Assembly: GCA_000320545.1 (NCBI GenBank)
Contig: ADNK01001597.1
Coordinates: 1 to 59,601 of the forward strand
From: Bigelowiella natans CCMP2755
Taxonomy: Eukaryota > Protista > Cercozoa
Length of the DNA: 59,601 bases
Reading direction: 5' to 3'
Both the position numbers and the translations under genes were made by a program. Of the stretch, positions 1 to 11,941 are shown in pieces. The first letter of the stretch is position 1, and each line of letters starts with the position of its first letter. The notes under the pieces are model-generated. The model had not been told where the DNA came from and did not search any database. It worked only from the letters and a program-made list of their open reading frames with translations.

Positions 1-144
1 AGGGATTTAAGAAGGGGTGGGGGTTTTTCATTTTTGGCTTCCCCGGGGGAATTATTATTAAAAAATTCTGTATTCCCTCTCCCCCCCCCCCCCCCCCTTC
101 CTAATCCCTAGCCTCTCACTCAACATCAAGCACAAGAAGACACC

Positions 145-1029
145 GTTTTTGGAAGGTTTATCCCTGGAAGATACTTGGCGTTCTCATGATCGTTGTTTAT
201 AATGTCGGTCAGGTTGCGGCCCTCGAAGGTCTCCTACTCACGCAGTAAGCAGCAGCGGTACCGTTAATGTTTCAGAGTACGATGATCATCGTCATCATTA
301 TCATCATCATTATCATCATTATCATCAATATTGATTTGCTATATTCTACCACATACTCATCAGATATATCGTATCACCTGAAACACCCACATCGTTGTCC
401 GGTCTGCAAATACCGAATACTTTTCAGTATTTTGCCCGATCACAGTTGCGATGGCCGAGCCCCAGTTGCCTGACCCTACATGAAGAAAAGAGGGGGGGGG
501 TTAAGGGGAAGAGGAGGAGAGTTACAAGGAAGAGAAGGGATTTCAGTAGAAGGAGATAAGATTCTCAGTACTACTTCGTAACGAGCATTAGTTTGTAGTA
601 CGTTTCTTTTGCCGGAGGAATAAATATTTTGTACAATCCTCTTCCCTTTATCATCGTCTTCTAACCCATACTTCTACATGTTAAAAGTAGTACCTATAAT
701 TGCCACTTTGAGTGGAGCTCGGTTTAGGTAGTCTTGATGGACAAGCGATTGTACAAGTTCTTCGGGCGTATTCCCCCCCCCTCCTTTTCCTTTTTCCTGA
801 TGTTGTGACTTCAGGGTTCAACTCTAGTGTGCCGGCCCCGGCGACCAGAGAAGGCTTGTCAACGGCTGTATCATCATCGGAGGAGGAGGAGGAGGAGGAG
901 GAGGAGGCGGCAGAACAACGAGGAGAAAAGGGGCAATCATAAGAACGAATTAGGAGATCAATGTGATTTCAAAGATAACCTCAACAACTAGTTCAATCAG
1001 TAGAAGAACGCAAGTGAAGATCTATGAAC

Positions 1030-1063
<34 letters not shown>

Positions 1064-1576
1064 GTTTTCGCTGCATCCACCACCTCGTACAAGCAGGTTC
1101 CGCTGGTGATTCTTTGCTTCTATCCTTATTCTTGAGGAAGTTCTTTGCCTAATTGGGCACCTGGGTTTGCCGCTGTTGTGGTATTGGCGGAGATCAGCGG
1201 CAAGTATTGGATATTATTCGTCTTGAGTAGAGAAATATGCACGCATCAAGGAGACACCACCTGATGATGGATGCTGTCCTGGGTCGCAACCAGGAACTCC
1301 GAATTCCAGTGGTCCCAAGGGAAACCTTTGGGGAATAAAATTTAATGAGATTCCCTTCGAGTCTAGTTTTGATGGGAAAAATCTCCTCCTCCACCCTACA
1401 AGAACGCATAAGGCAGAGTACGTCTGCCGCTCGAGATGCAAGAAATTAAGGCAAACTTAGAACGATCAGACCTGTTCTTCGTTTAATGGTGCTTGTGGGA
1501 TCGAAATCATGGTCACAAATAGCGAAGCCGTGGCAACCAGCACAATTCCGGCTCCAAGGCCGGCGTTCGTGCTCAT
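145..1576 (-). CDS. GPD1: NAD-dependent glycerol-3-phosphate dehydrogenase with N-terminal signal/transit-like leader; multi-exon, 3' part runs off the left edge
   Basis: Spliced minus-strand exons read KVAIIG|[15 protein letters not shown]...MWVFQ|[28 protein letters not shown], matching the GPD Rossmann motif and the HENxKYLPG motif. First exon [27 protein letters not shown] is hydrophobic. Confidence 0.9.
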
Positions 1577-2180
1577 TGCCTTAGAAGGGGGGCCTACACG
1601 GGTTGTCTGAGAGGGTGTTGGCACGTGGCACATACACGAACTCGGGGCTATTTCTCTCCTGCGACATCAAAATGACACATCGAACAGCTTCCACATCGCT
1701 TGGCTTAATTTCGGTAATTCTTCCAACTAAGTTAACCCTAGTTGAATTGTCGGAAACGCAGTCCGTTCTTCTGTTGCGTCATGCGGAGAGAGAGGGCTAT
1801 TCTGGTCGTAGAGGTCTCGCGCCCCTCGACAAATGGCACGTGGTCTTGGAAGTAGAGTTATCTTTTCTAGATATTCGTCGGTCCGACGATTCGCCAAAAC
1901 GACAATGCTTTTGTGCTTGATTGCTTTTGTCGCAGCCTGAAATTAGGATGGCATTCTGGAACCGAAAGTATCCGAATCCACAATCTTGATCTGAAACCAT
2001 CTCCGAGAAAAGACAGCACCCTGGTAGGAGGGGCATGGGAACCCGCCGGCACAATCCTGCAGAAAGAATTTGCTGATACTAAAGGCCTTAAAGGGCGTTC
2101 ACAGTGGACACACGTTGGGATCACCTGCCACATACAATTTAAGTAAAGAAGCGTCAACGCTAGCAGCCAGAAAACAAGGG

Positions 2181-3584
2181 ATGAGATTGAGCAGCTTTGC
2201 CATTCGGCTCGTGGCTGTTATGCTCCTGTGCGTTGTGCTGATGCTAAGCTTAGAGGTAATCAAGCTAATACTTGGTTTTGTGAGCATGGTTCGAAATAAT
2301 CGCGATCTTCTTGTTCTGGTTCCAATCAGTATGTCTCTGTCCGCCAAGAGGGCGACCCAGTGGGCCGACGTCCAATACATCGACGGACCAAGTACACCAC
2401 CCCTTATCAACTGCAAAGAGAGCGCTTCCATCATTTTCGCCATTTTTATCTTACTCGATATCCTGTCCGCCATTTTCTGCCTTTTCCCCTGCCGAATATC
2501 ATCTAGTATGAAGCTCGGGATTATGCCGATGATATCCAAGAGACTCCCGAGTTTTTCGTTATCGTTTGGAAACTACAAATTCTCGGCGCCAGGTTCCGTC
2601 TAACCCCAATCCCCATTAGCCGACCAGACTTCTGAAGTTGTACACAGTGCCAAATGCTGCAGCACGCATTGCCACATAGATATGATCGCACCTTTGAAAT
2701 ATGAAAGAGCACCAAAATGACCAGCTGTTGATCTCTCGTCAGCCTGGGTTACTTGCTCTCGTTTGCTTGATCAATAATGAAATCAATCATGAATAATAGG
2801 TGCAGATAGGCTTGATTTAACAGAGCTTGTGACGTCGTTGAGGTGGGTGATAGCAGCCCAGTATCAGAGAGCATACAAATTAAATATTGCATAAAACCCT
2901 TCACATTTATTGTAGTTTTCGGAGTAGTGATTGGCGAGTTATTGGGATATTGTTTCAATGCAGAACTCCCGAAGAGGAGGAGATCGCTCGTGACCTGAAA
3001 ATTGGGAAATCCGTCAACATTTCCGATCTCAGTCGCCCGGTGGCATTACTCTTGAATTCGTCAACGCTCTTCCCACCTTATATTCCAATCCAATCAATCT
3101 AGGGCCGCAATGTATGGGTGATTACTACAGCCTCTCTCCCTTGGAAAACAGGGACTGGTATGACTGCAAGAAGGAGAGGGGGGGGGGGGGGCGGGGGGAA
3201 GAGAGAAAGAGTATCTGAATAAAATACTGATATGACGATGTGATTCAGCTGTGAATCCTACACTACGAGCTGCGTACCTGTTACGCTTGACTCCGGCTGC
3301 AAAAGGTTTTTGTAGAGTGAAGTGGCAGGGGAGGGCGGGTGAGGTGAGGGGAGTGAAAGTTGATGTGCAGGCGCAACTACTTTGTGATGTGTTCGCTGAT
3401 TCTGCTGCTTTCTTCGATCTCGATTGAGCAAGCGGGGTGCGTGTTAATGCTGTTTCTCCTCTTGTATTGAAATATGAGCTGATTGTTGTGTGTTTGTATG
3501 TGCGCATATCTCCACTTCCTCCTGTTTCCATACGCTAGTAACTCTTATGGTTCCCTGGGTCGAAGCCGTCGATCAGGAAAGGGT

Positions 3585-3616
<32 letters not shown>

Positions 3617-4287
3617 TGATGATGATGATGATGATGATAAAGAAGAACAACCCATTTTGCCTTCTTGTCGTCTTTAATCGCTGCTGCTAAGGTTATGGGT
3701 TCGCACAAGTACAAAAACCAGAAGCAGCAAGAGAGAGATATCCGGCAGTGGCTTCGAAATGACGCGGTAAACTAGCAAATCAATAGTCGTAATTGCGGTG
3801 GTTGTACCCCCCACTTAGCACAGACAAGAAAGCAGTTGGGGTGAAGTCAATGGAGGTAGGGGCCTGAGGGCGGCATGTTAAATGTATGCTCGGAAGCGTT
3901 TCCGCATCATCTTCGATAAACTTGGTTCAAGTCTTACATGTCTTGTACACTGTTTTCCTCCGTCATTTTCTCTATTATTCTAAGGGGATGGCTGACGTCG
4001 CAAACAAGCTCAAAATAATGTTCTACAAGGGCAGGTGAAACGAACGACACTCAATCCTCCTCCTCCCCTCCCCCCCTCCTCTTCCTTGTTCCTTTTCTTC
4101 TGTTTAGTGGCTTCCTGCCTCCTTTTAGCGCATGTTTATGATGGTTGATTACGGACCTCTCTCCATCAGATACCATCCCGATTATGGCTCTATATTTCCA
4201 GTGGAAGATCTTCTTGCTCTTATTCCTAGTGAAGAGGCGGACGTATGTTGTCACAACCTGCCCATACACTACTCTTTCACTCAATTC

Positions 4288-4324
<37 letters not shown>

Positions 4325-4345
4325 TTATATTGTAATTTTTCGGTT

Positions 4346-4382
<37 letters not shown>

Positions 4383-5729
4383 CGTCTCCCCCCCCGTTAT
4401 TCAGGTTGCCGTGCTTGAGGAGCCAGAGCACTTGAACTGGTGGTGCAAAGTTAGAGGCTTTCTTACAATAAATAATAGATAGTATGCACAACCTTGTCTA
4501 GTATGATCGTTACCTCAACCCCCCACCATCACTAACAAGGTTTCATCCTGAGACACCGGAGTACTGGAGGGGGAGGTTCAACCATGTCGTTGGGATCATT
4601 CATACCAACTATCTAGCCTACACGCAGTCGTACGTTGGAGGGTACGTTACGAACTGAAAAGAGAGAAGATGATGAAGAAGAAGAAGAAGCAGAAGGAGAA
4701 GAAGACGGCGATTGTGAATGACGATGGTGATGTATGGTGATGATGATGATCATGATGATGGTGAGGGAGAGGAGGAGGAGGAGGAAAAGGATGATAATCA
4801 TGAGGCGAATAATAATGAGAAAAGCTCCTCCACATTATTGATGTTGCGGGACGAGGCTTCAGTTAGGGATTTCCCATCACCGATACGACTGCTGCTGCTG
4901 CTGCTGCTGGTGCTGATCTTCTTACTCAAAACACAGTTATTACAAGAAGTATATCCTCTATTTGTTGAATCGATGGATGGTTCCCGCTCACTGTGACAAG
5001 GTCGTGCCACCACCAGTAGCAGCAGCAGCAGCAGCAGCAGCATAGCCTTCCATCCCCATGATTCGTATTTGTTGTTGTTGCTGTATTTGCACACTACTAC
5101 TACTGCTGCTAACGAAAAGGTGATAAAGCTATCTGGCGTGCTGCAGCGCTACTCAAACTACAAGGAGACTGTCCAAAATGTCCACGGGGTTCGCTATCAT
5201 TCCTCATCATCCAATCTTCACGACAATAATAAGAACAACTTTTACTACTTCTATTACTACTACTGTTGCTGCTACTGCCATCATCGTCGTCGTCATCATT
5301 ATCACTATCATCATCATCATTATGAATACAGGTTCGCTCTGAGTTCCTGAAGGTGGGTCGGAGCAGCAACGGCTTCAGGAAGGGCTTCTACTTCATCGGC
5401 AAAGCTCTCCAGGCGAAAGGCTTGCCCATCCTATTTGATTTACTCTCCCCCCCCACCAAATCGCAGCAGCTGGTAGGAAGTAGCCCTGTTACTAAGCTGC
5501 AAATTATTTAAAGAAAAGGTCTCTCGTTGTGATGCACTCGTTAATCTTATTCTCCTCCTCCTCCTCGTCCTCTTCCTCTTCCTCTTCCTCTTCCTCTTCC
5601 TCCTCCAGCGACTGAGGAAACTACTCCTTAACAGCACCACCCTCCTCCCTTCACATCGACTGAGCGCCCTGTTATTGAGAAGGCGCAATCAGATTCTCAA
5701 CAACAGCACTGCCACCACCACCGCCGCCG

Positions 5730-5766
<37 letters not shown>

Positions 5767-7886
5767 GGGAGTGGGTCGCTTTGCTTCTCCACGCAGTCCT
5801 CCCTACTTCTCGGCAGCAGAGCTTTCGCAAGAACTGGGGAAGGAGCTGGCTAAAGAACTTGAAAACGCACCTAAAGAGTCAGCAACACTACAACATTCCC
5901 TCCCCGAATCTCTTTCCTCACATCTCCTTCGATACCCTCTTCCTCCTCCCTTCTCCTCTTTCTGGTCTCTGCCTTCATCATACAGGCTCGAGCGGCTTTC
6001 GAAGGAGCTGGAGAAGGGTATTGAAGAGCTGAGCGAAACAATGCGGGAGGACAGTTTGACTTCTCTTGAGTCTCTTATCGAGCCAGAGGCCAATGACATC
6101 AGAACAACCACATCCACGTACGTATATCATATGTAGAGGAAGAAGAAGAAGAAAAATAAAAAGAAGAAGAAAAGTAGTATTGTGGGTAGAGGAGGGGAAG
6201 GAAGGGGAGAGATATATATCTATAGGGGTATGAGATTGAAAGACATTTATCGTTTATCAAAGTATAGGAGGCAATGGGGTATTCTACATTAGTGTATGAT
6301 GTTGCTGCTCTCCTACTCCAACACTGCTCCTCCTCCTCAGAAACACATATCGGAGCCTATTCTTCAAGCAAAACAACCGTGTTGAATCGAAGGTGTTGAT
6401 GGCATGCTAATCAACGTATATTTTTTTAAAGGGGGGGTGGGGGGTTAGCAAACTCACCATCCTTGTTTCAACAACGAAATGCTTGTTACGTTTCCTCAAA
6501 CCCACCTCTCACCCACTTCCTTGTTTGTCAAACTTGCGGGTCCCTCGTGAATAATTGGATACTAGATGTTGAAGGCTCTTAAGGAACTCTCAGTCGATGT
6601 AAGTTGAAGTCCAAAGATGATCTATTGCTTTTACATGCAGCGAATCCTCAGAGCAAATCCCACCCCCCGCCTACTCTTCTTCCCCCCCTTCTACTCCTCC
6701 CCTCTTCTACCAGGCGTACGGCAGTGGCCCTGATTCCGAGCTATTGAAGGAAATGGCCAGGGAGAGGGGGCTGAAGAACGTTTCATTCTATCCAGGGATT
6801 GATCATCTGGAGCTAAAAGGTCGGAGTAATAAGTAGCAGATGGTACCTATGCCTTCGCACGCCTTGTTCGCACTTCTCGTGCTACATTCCACGTTATATA
6901 TCGTGGTGTTCAATGATATTCTTTGGTCTTTTTCATGCTTGCTCCATCCCCCCCCCCTCTTCCCTTCTTATAGAGTACAAGACATTCGTGAACCCATCGA
7001 TTTCCGAGGTCCTCTGTACGACAACAGCGGAGGCTCTCGCCATGGGTAGGGGCGCTATTGACAGTAGTTGTAAATTTGTATCAGCGGGCGTTAGAGCGAA
7101 ATGAGGATAGCCAAGAGTTCACCATCCTCTTTCTCTACATTCTTTCCCCCCTCCCCTCCCTTGTTCTTTTAGGCAAGTTCGTAATCATTCCATCGCATGA
7201 ATCGAACACCTTCTTTCAGCAGTTTCCTAACTGCCTCGCCTATTCATCTCCGGCTGAGTTCAGGCAGAGAGTTGCCTTTGCTCAGACCCACGAACCGGTA
7301 TCATCATTGTTAGTGCTTTGAATGAGCGTGTAATACAATAGTAGTAGTAGTAGCACTAGACAACAACAACTGTATTTAATTGGAAAACTCTGAACGAAAT
7401 TATCTAAAGAGAAGAAAACAGGTTGGTTGCAACAACTCCTTGTTGTTCAATTACTTTTTCTATCGTCAGATTTTTGCAACAATTGTGTCATTACATCGCT
7501 CGATCTTTTGGCTTGTGATAGTTTTTCAATTCCTTTTTGTTGCTTTGACTCATTGGCAGACACCCTTGTCAGCTGATGTCGCACGGTTACTCACGTGGGA
7601 GGCGGCGACAGAGCGACTCATCGAATCAGCGAAGATAACCGAGAAAATGTCACAAGCACATTACTTTGATGATGTAGGGGCCAGATTCCACACGTGGTTG
7701 GGCAAAGGAAAGAAAGGCAATGTCATCAGAAGGTGCATTTGTTCATGCATGACACAACTGATGTTGCAATGGGCGATTCTCATCCATGTTGCACCCTAAA
7801 CTTTCAGGATGGCAGGCGCAGCACCACTGTTAGATCCTCGAGATGACCAAAGTCCTGAGGCATCTTCTTCATCACAAAGTCCGTAG
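2181..7886 (+). CDS. DGD: Digalactosyldiacylglycerol synthase (GT4 family), many exons, signal-peptide-like N-terminus
   Basis: Exons encode ITTASLPWKTGT|AVNPTLRAAYL, VTLMVPW, VAVLEEPEHLNW, FNHVVGIIHTNY, NVHGVR, YFIGK, YGSGPD, FVNPSISEVLCTTTAEALAMG|KFVIIPSHESNTFF and LTWEAATERL. Start MRLSSFAIRLVAVMLLCVVLMLSLE is inferred. Confidence 0.92.
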
Positions 7887-9716
7887 AGGCCATCATTTGT
7901 TGCGCATGCATGGCTAGATGGATTGCACTCAACGACAACGTTGCAATGAAAATGCGAAGTGACCTCGCACATCCCCACCCCTCGCCTGACCTAGCTGACG
8001 CAGTGATTCACACACGTCACAATGATGGCAATGCATTGCGATGGATGGTGGATCGACTTTGTGTCTGCTGCGCTTCAGAAATGCGAGCTGCGTGGTTGCA
8101 GCACTCACACTTCGTCCACGTTGTTCACAAGTGTGGATTGCTGAGTTGTGCGCGACGTGCTGTGATGATTGGCTGCGAGGCCTTCGCGTTCGCGAGGCGA
8201 GTGCGACAAAACGATTGCACTTCCAGTGTGCCAGTGTGGCAATGCGCACATGCTTGCTAGCTTGCCCTTGCAACCCACAGTTGCGTGCTCATTGCTTGAG
8301 CAGCTGATGCGTGTCGCGCTGGAACCTGCCAGCCTGCACCGCGTGGTTGCACACACTGGCACAGTGCCTTGCTCAGTTTGCACGGCCACGTTCCGGTGCA
8401 GTCTCCAGGCCAGATCTCACTCACCAAAGCAGTCTGGCAGCCCAGCAGCTGGCAGTGTGACCACCTCTCCAGTTCTTCTTGCAGTGCTGTGCACCCAGCT
8501 AGCCAGGCACAGGCCTGGAGGCCGCGAAGTGCGTGGTTGCAGCAGTCCAGCAGTTGCAGCGCCAGAGCAATGACGTGCGGGCGTTTGCCAGCTGTGCACG
8601 AAGCAACCAGTGCGCGAGGCGAGAACGCAGCCGAAGTGTTGCACGCGACTTCGGTGGCACTGACAGAAGCCACTTTGTGCCACAAAGGAAGCACGGTGTT
8701 TGTGCGCCTGCACGTCTGGACGTGCACAAGTTGTGTTTCAGGTGTTTTCGCCTGACCAACACGAAAACACTCGCGTGCGTGCCGAAAAGTCCGTGTCGTC
8801 GTCACCACCACTCCAGCACTGCTGAACTTGTTCGAGGGCGGACTGCCCTCCCTTTGTTCCACCCACCGGCCAGAGCTGTTCGCGTGCACTCTGCACCTGC
8901 CATGATCCCCAGTTCAGACAGTTCTTGTCGTGTTGGTTTCACACCAGTCTGGCAGTGGGTCCTCGTCGTTCTCAGTTCGAACACTGCCAAACTGAACACT
9001 GAACGATGACGTTGAAGTGAGCGCTGGCAGACTGGCTAGCTGGTGCAAAGCGACGTTTGAGAGGCGGCAAACGTTGCGGTGCGCAAAAAGGCACTGCCAC
9101 ACTGCGCCAGTGCGTTTCGCACTTTGCAAGTGTCGTGCAACACTTCCTGGCTTTGGAGGTGCAGTCGATCAACAAAGTTTCTTCGTTTCAACTTTCAACT
9201 TCCTTTCCTTGCAACTCCGCTTCACCGATGGCTCTGACTCCTTCAGCTAGCTGGCCAATCAGAACCAACAAAGCGGTGTTGAGTGAGCTCGCTTGCCAGC
9301 TCTGGAACTTGTTGCTGGCTGGCTGGACGCAAGCACCTCCTTCCTCCCACCCCTTGCCAGCTTGGCTGTGCTGCTTGTGGGCGCTGCGTGAAACAAGCGC
9401 TTGCCTCCCGTGTGGTTTGCCAGTTTGTGGCGCGCAAGCCAGCAAGGTGGTGAGGCCGAACGTCACCTGCGACAAGGCGGGTGTTGTCGCACCCCCAAAG
9501 TGGATGTGAACGTCGCAGAGGCAAAATCCCTGGTCTTGCACGGAAAGGCCTGCCAAGAGCTGGCATCCCCTGCGCACGCAGACTTGTGTCAGTGCCAAGC
9601 AAGTTCAGCACTCAACGTTCAGTGCTTCCTGGCAGCCACACACGCCAACCTCTCGTCACACTTGTTTTCACACTCTGGCACTGGTGAGTCCTCGTTGTTT
9701 TCAGCTCGAGGCACTG

Positions 9717-10008
9717 TGTTGCGCGCAGCGTGCTTGGAATGCAAGCAAGCTGCGGTCAGATGAACAGTTGAGAAGTTGAATTCTGGTTGCATTGATGTGC
9801 ACACTTGGCAAACAGTCATCAGTTGTGTTTGATTGATTGACTGACAGGCCTTCTTGGTGAAGGTCTGTCCGATGGCTCTCACACCCAGGCCTTCCAACAG
9901 GCCTGGCGTTCTGTTGGCGCGATGCGATGCCGTTTGGGGTTGCGACAACCCCCATTCATTGTCGCAGGTGACTTTGGCGCAATTGCCCAAATCACCGTGC
10001 GCGCCACA
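9717..10008 (-). repeat. 3' LTR of decayed element
   Basis: TG...CA ends; direct repeat of 11650-11941 with 24 mismatches by eye. Confidence 0.92.
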
Positions 10009-11649
10009 CCTCCCCCAAGTCACCAAGCATCTTCTCAGTGTCTCCGCTTCGCTTGGGGGGCGGTGCTCTTTCCAGCGTCTCCGGAACTTGACGAGCCACC
10101 AGGTGATGCTTCCTTCTCTGATGTTGTTTCTTTTTCCATCGAGCTGCTGCATTCCCTCGTGTTTGGCAGGCCCGTGCCTGTGCCATCCTTCGGTGTCGAC
10201 GTCGCCGAGGACACGTCGCTTGCGAGCTCTGGTGCAAGCAGGCAAACTTTTCATGTCCCCCCCCCATCCCCAGTTCCTTTCCATTTTTTCACTTCCGCCA
10301 TTGCCATTGTTGTTCGTCTTGCCTCCCCCAAGTGAAAAAGTGCATTCGAGGCGTCCCCTGATCTGCCGCACTGTCATGCTGGAGCAATTTGCAACGTCTT
10401 GCGGGAGGCAGAAGGGACCTTTCTTGATGCAATTGACATTGCACTTTGCAATCGACACGCACAACGTTGACCTTGTGCCAAGTGTTGTTGTTGGTTGTGT
10501 TGAGTCAGGTCTTCGGAGGTTTTCAAACGTCCGGCCCGCTTTTGACTCTTGCAAGCAGCTGAGGTTTTTGCACGAATCCTGTTTGTTCATTGCACATTTT
10601 TCTTTGACTTTTGTTTGCGATTTGAGACTTTTGTGGACGTGCTTTTTGCTTCCTGCTGTTGTGTCCGTTTTCTTTGTCCCGGGTGCTGGTCCCGGATGCT
10701 GACGTTTTGCTGGCAGCTGCTGCGCTGGTCCCAGGTGCTGATCAGCTGGTTTTGGCTGCTGATGCCAACGTTGATGAGTGCGGTCCTTTGCAGGTGCTGC
10801 TTTTTCGTTCATGCGCTCGTGAGTTTTCTGCTTTGACTCTTCCCTTGTGTTTTGTTCGCATGTCATGGCCTGCTTTGATTTCCCCCGTGAAACTTTTGCA
10901 AATCCCCCCCGTGGGGGTGCAAATTTCACTTTCATTGGTGAGAACTGCGTCTTTTTGTGCACCCCACGTTGCGTCGTTTCTGGTTTCTCAATTGGGAACT
11001 GCACGTTCCTGTGAACCTGTTGCTGTTTCGCCGTGCCCGGGATGGCTCCCCGCGAAGCTCCCCGGTTTCTGTTCCTGCGGAACAATTCCGCCCATTCCTC
11101 GGGCAAGTCTGACTCCATCGCTTCCTGCTTGACTTTTGTCAATGCCCCCTTCGCTTTGGTGCTTGCACACGATTCCTGTTTTCACTTTCGTGCACGTCGT
11201 CGGTCGTGGTCGTGATCCCCTGAGTGCCACGACCAGTTTCTTTCCTTGTTCGACCATTTCATCGTCCTCCGCCTCGCAAAATTCCTGAACTGCGTCCGTT
11301 GCTAGTTCCGCAGGCTTTTTCCTGGGTGCTGGTCCCGAAGCTGCTGGAGGGGTTGTTGTTCTGCCCTTCCCCTGCTGCATCGTGTTTCTTTCTTCCGGGT
11401 GCTGGTCCCGGTTTTCCCGGAGGGGTTGTTTTCCTGCCCTCCCATTGCTGCTTTGCAGTCTTCATTCCGGGTGATGGTCCCGGTTTTCCCGGAGGGGTTG
11501 CCATCCTCCCCTCCACCAACCGCTTGTCGCCTTTGCCATCCTTCTGTGCCTGCACGTTGCCGAGCACGTCGCTCTCTGAGATTTCTCGTCCATTTTCCTG
11601 ATGAGACATGTTTCTGGTGCTGATTTTCCCGTGAGTGGAAGCCAAATGT

Positions 11650-11941
11650 CGTTGCGCGCAGCGTGCTTGGAATGAAAGTGAGCTGCGGTCAGGTGAACAG
11701 TTGAGAAGTTGAATTCCAGTTGCATTGATGTGTGCACTTGGTGAACAGTCATCAGTCATGTTTGATTGATTGACTGACAGGCCTTCTCAGTGAAGGTCTG
11801 TCCGATGGCTCTTGCACCCAGGCCTTCCAACAGGCCTGGCGTTCTGTTGGCGCGACACGATGCCGTTTGGGGTTGCGACAACCCCCATTCATTGTCGCAG
11901 GTGACTTTGGCGTGATTGCCTAGGTCACCGTGCGCGCCACA
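11650..11941 (-). repeat. 5' LTR of decayed element
   Basis: Direct repeat of 9717-10008, adjacent to the PBS. Confidence 0.92.

Larger units (their letters stand above)
9717..11941 (-). mobile_element. Decayed, internally deleted (non-autonomous) Ty3/Gypsy LTR retrotransposon related to the element at 37534-43448
   Basis: 292-bp direct repeats at 9717-10008 and 11650-11941, 4-bp TSD ACTG, PPT at 10009-10016, and a PBS at ~11626-11644 nearly identical to the young element's. Remnants of Gag N-terminus (EFCEAEDDE, DLPEEWAELFR) and Pol C-terminus (SITWWLVKFR). Confidence 0.93.

Noticed and set aside
267-6136. Poly-Ile/Asp/His/Arg ORFs in the ORF track
   Set aside because: Translations of intronic trinucleotide microsatellites.
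11320-11520. CRISPR-like spaced repeats
   Set aside because: These are ~69-bp coding tandem repeats (TPPGKPGPAPG) in the decayed Gag, in eukaryotic context with no cas genes.
9717-11941. CpG-methylation decay as the cause of the CA/TG doublets
   Set aside because: CpG is plentiful in the island, TpA is what is missing, and the intact relative has TA at alignable sites.
9717-11941. ADAR-type RNA editing or RT error as the cause of A->G changes
   Set aside because: Changes occur on both strands and differ between the two LTRs, so they arose after integration; TAG is the spared context rather than the preferred one.
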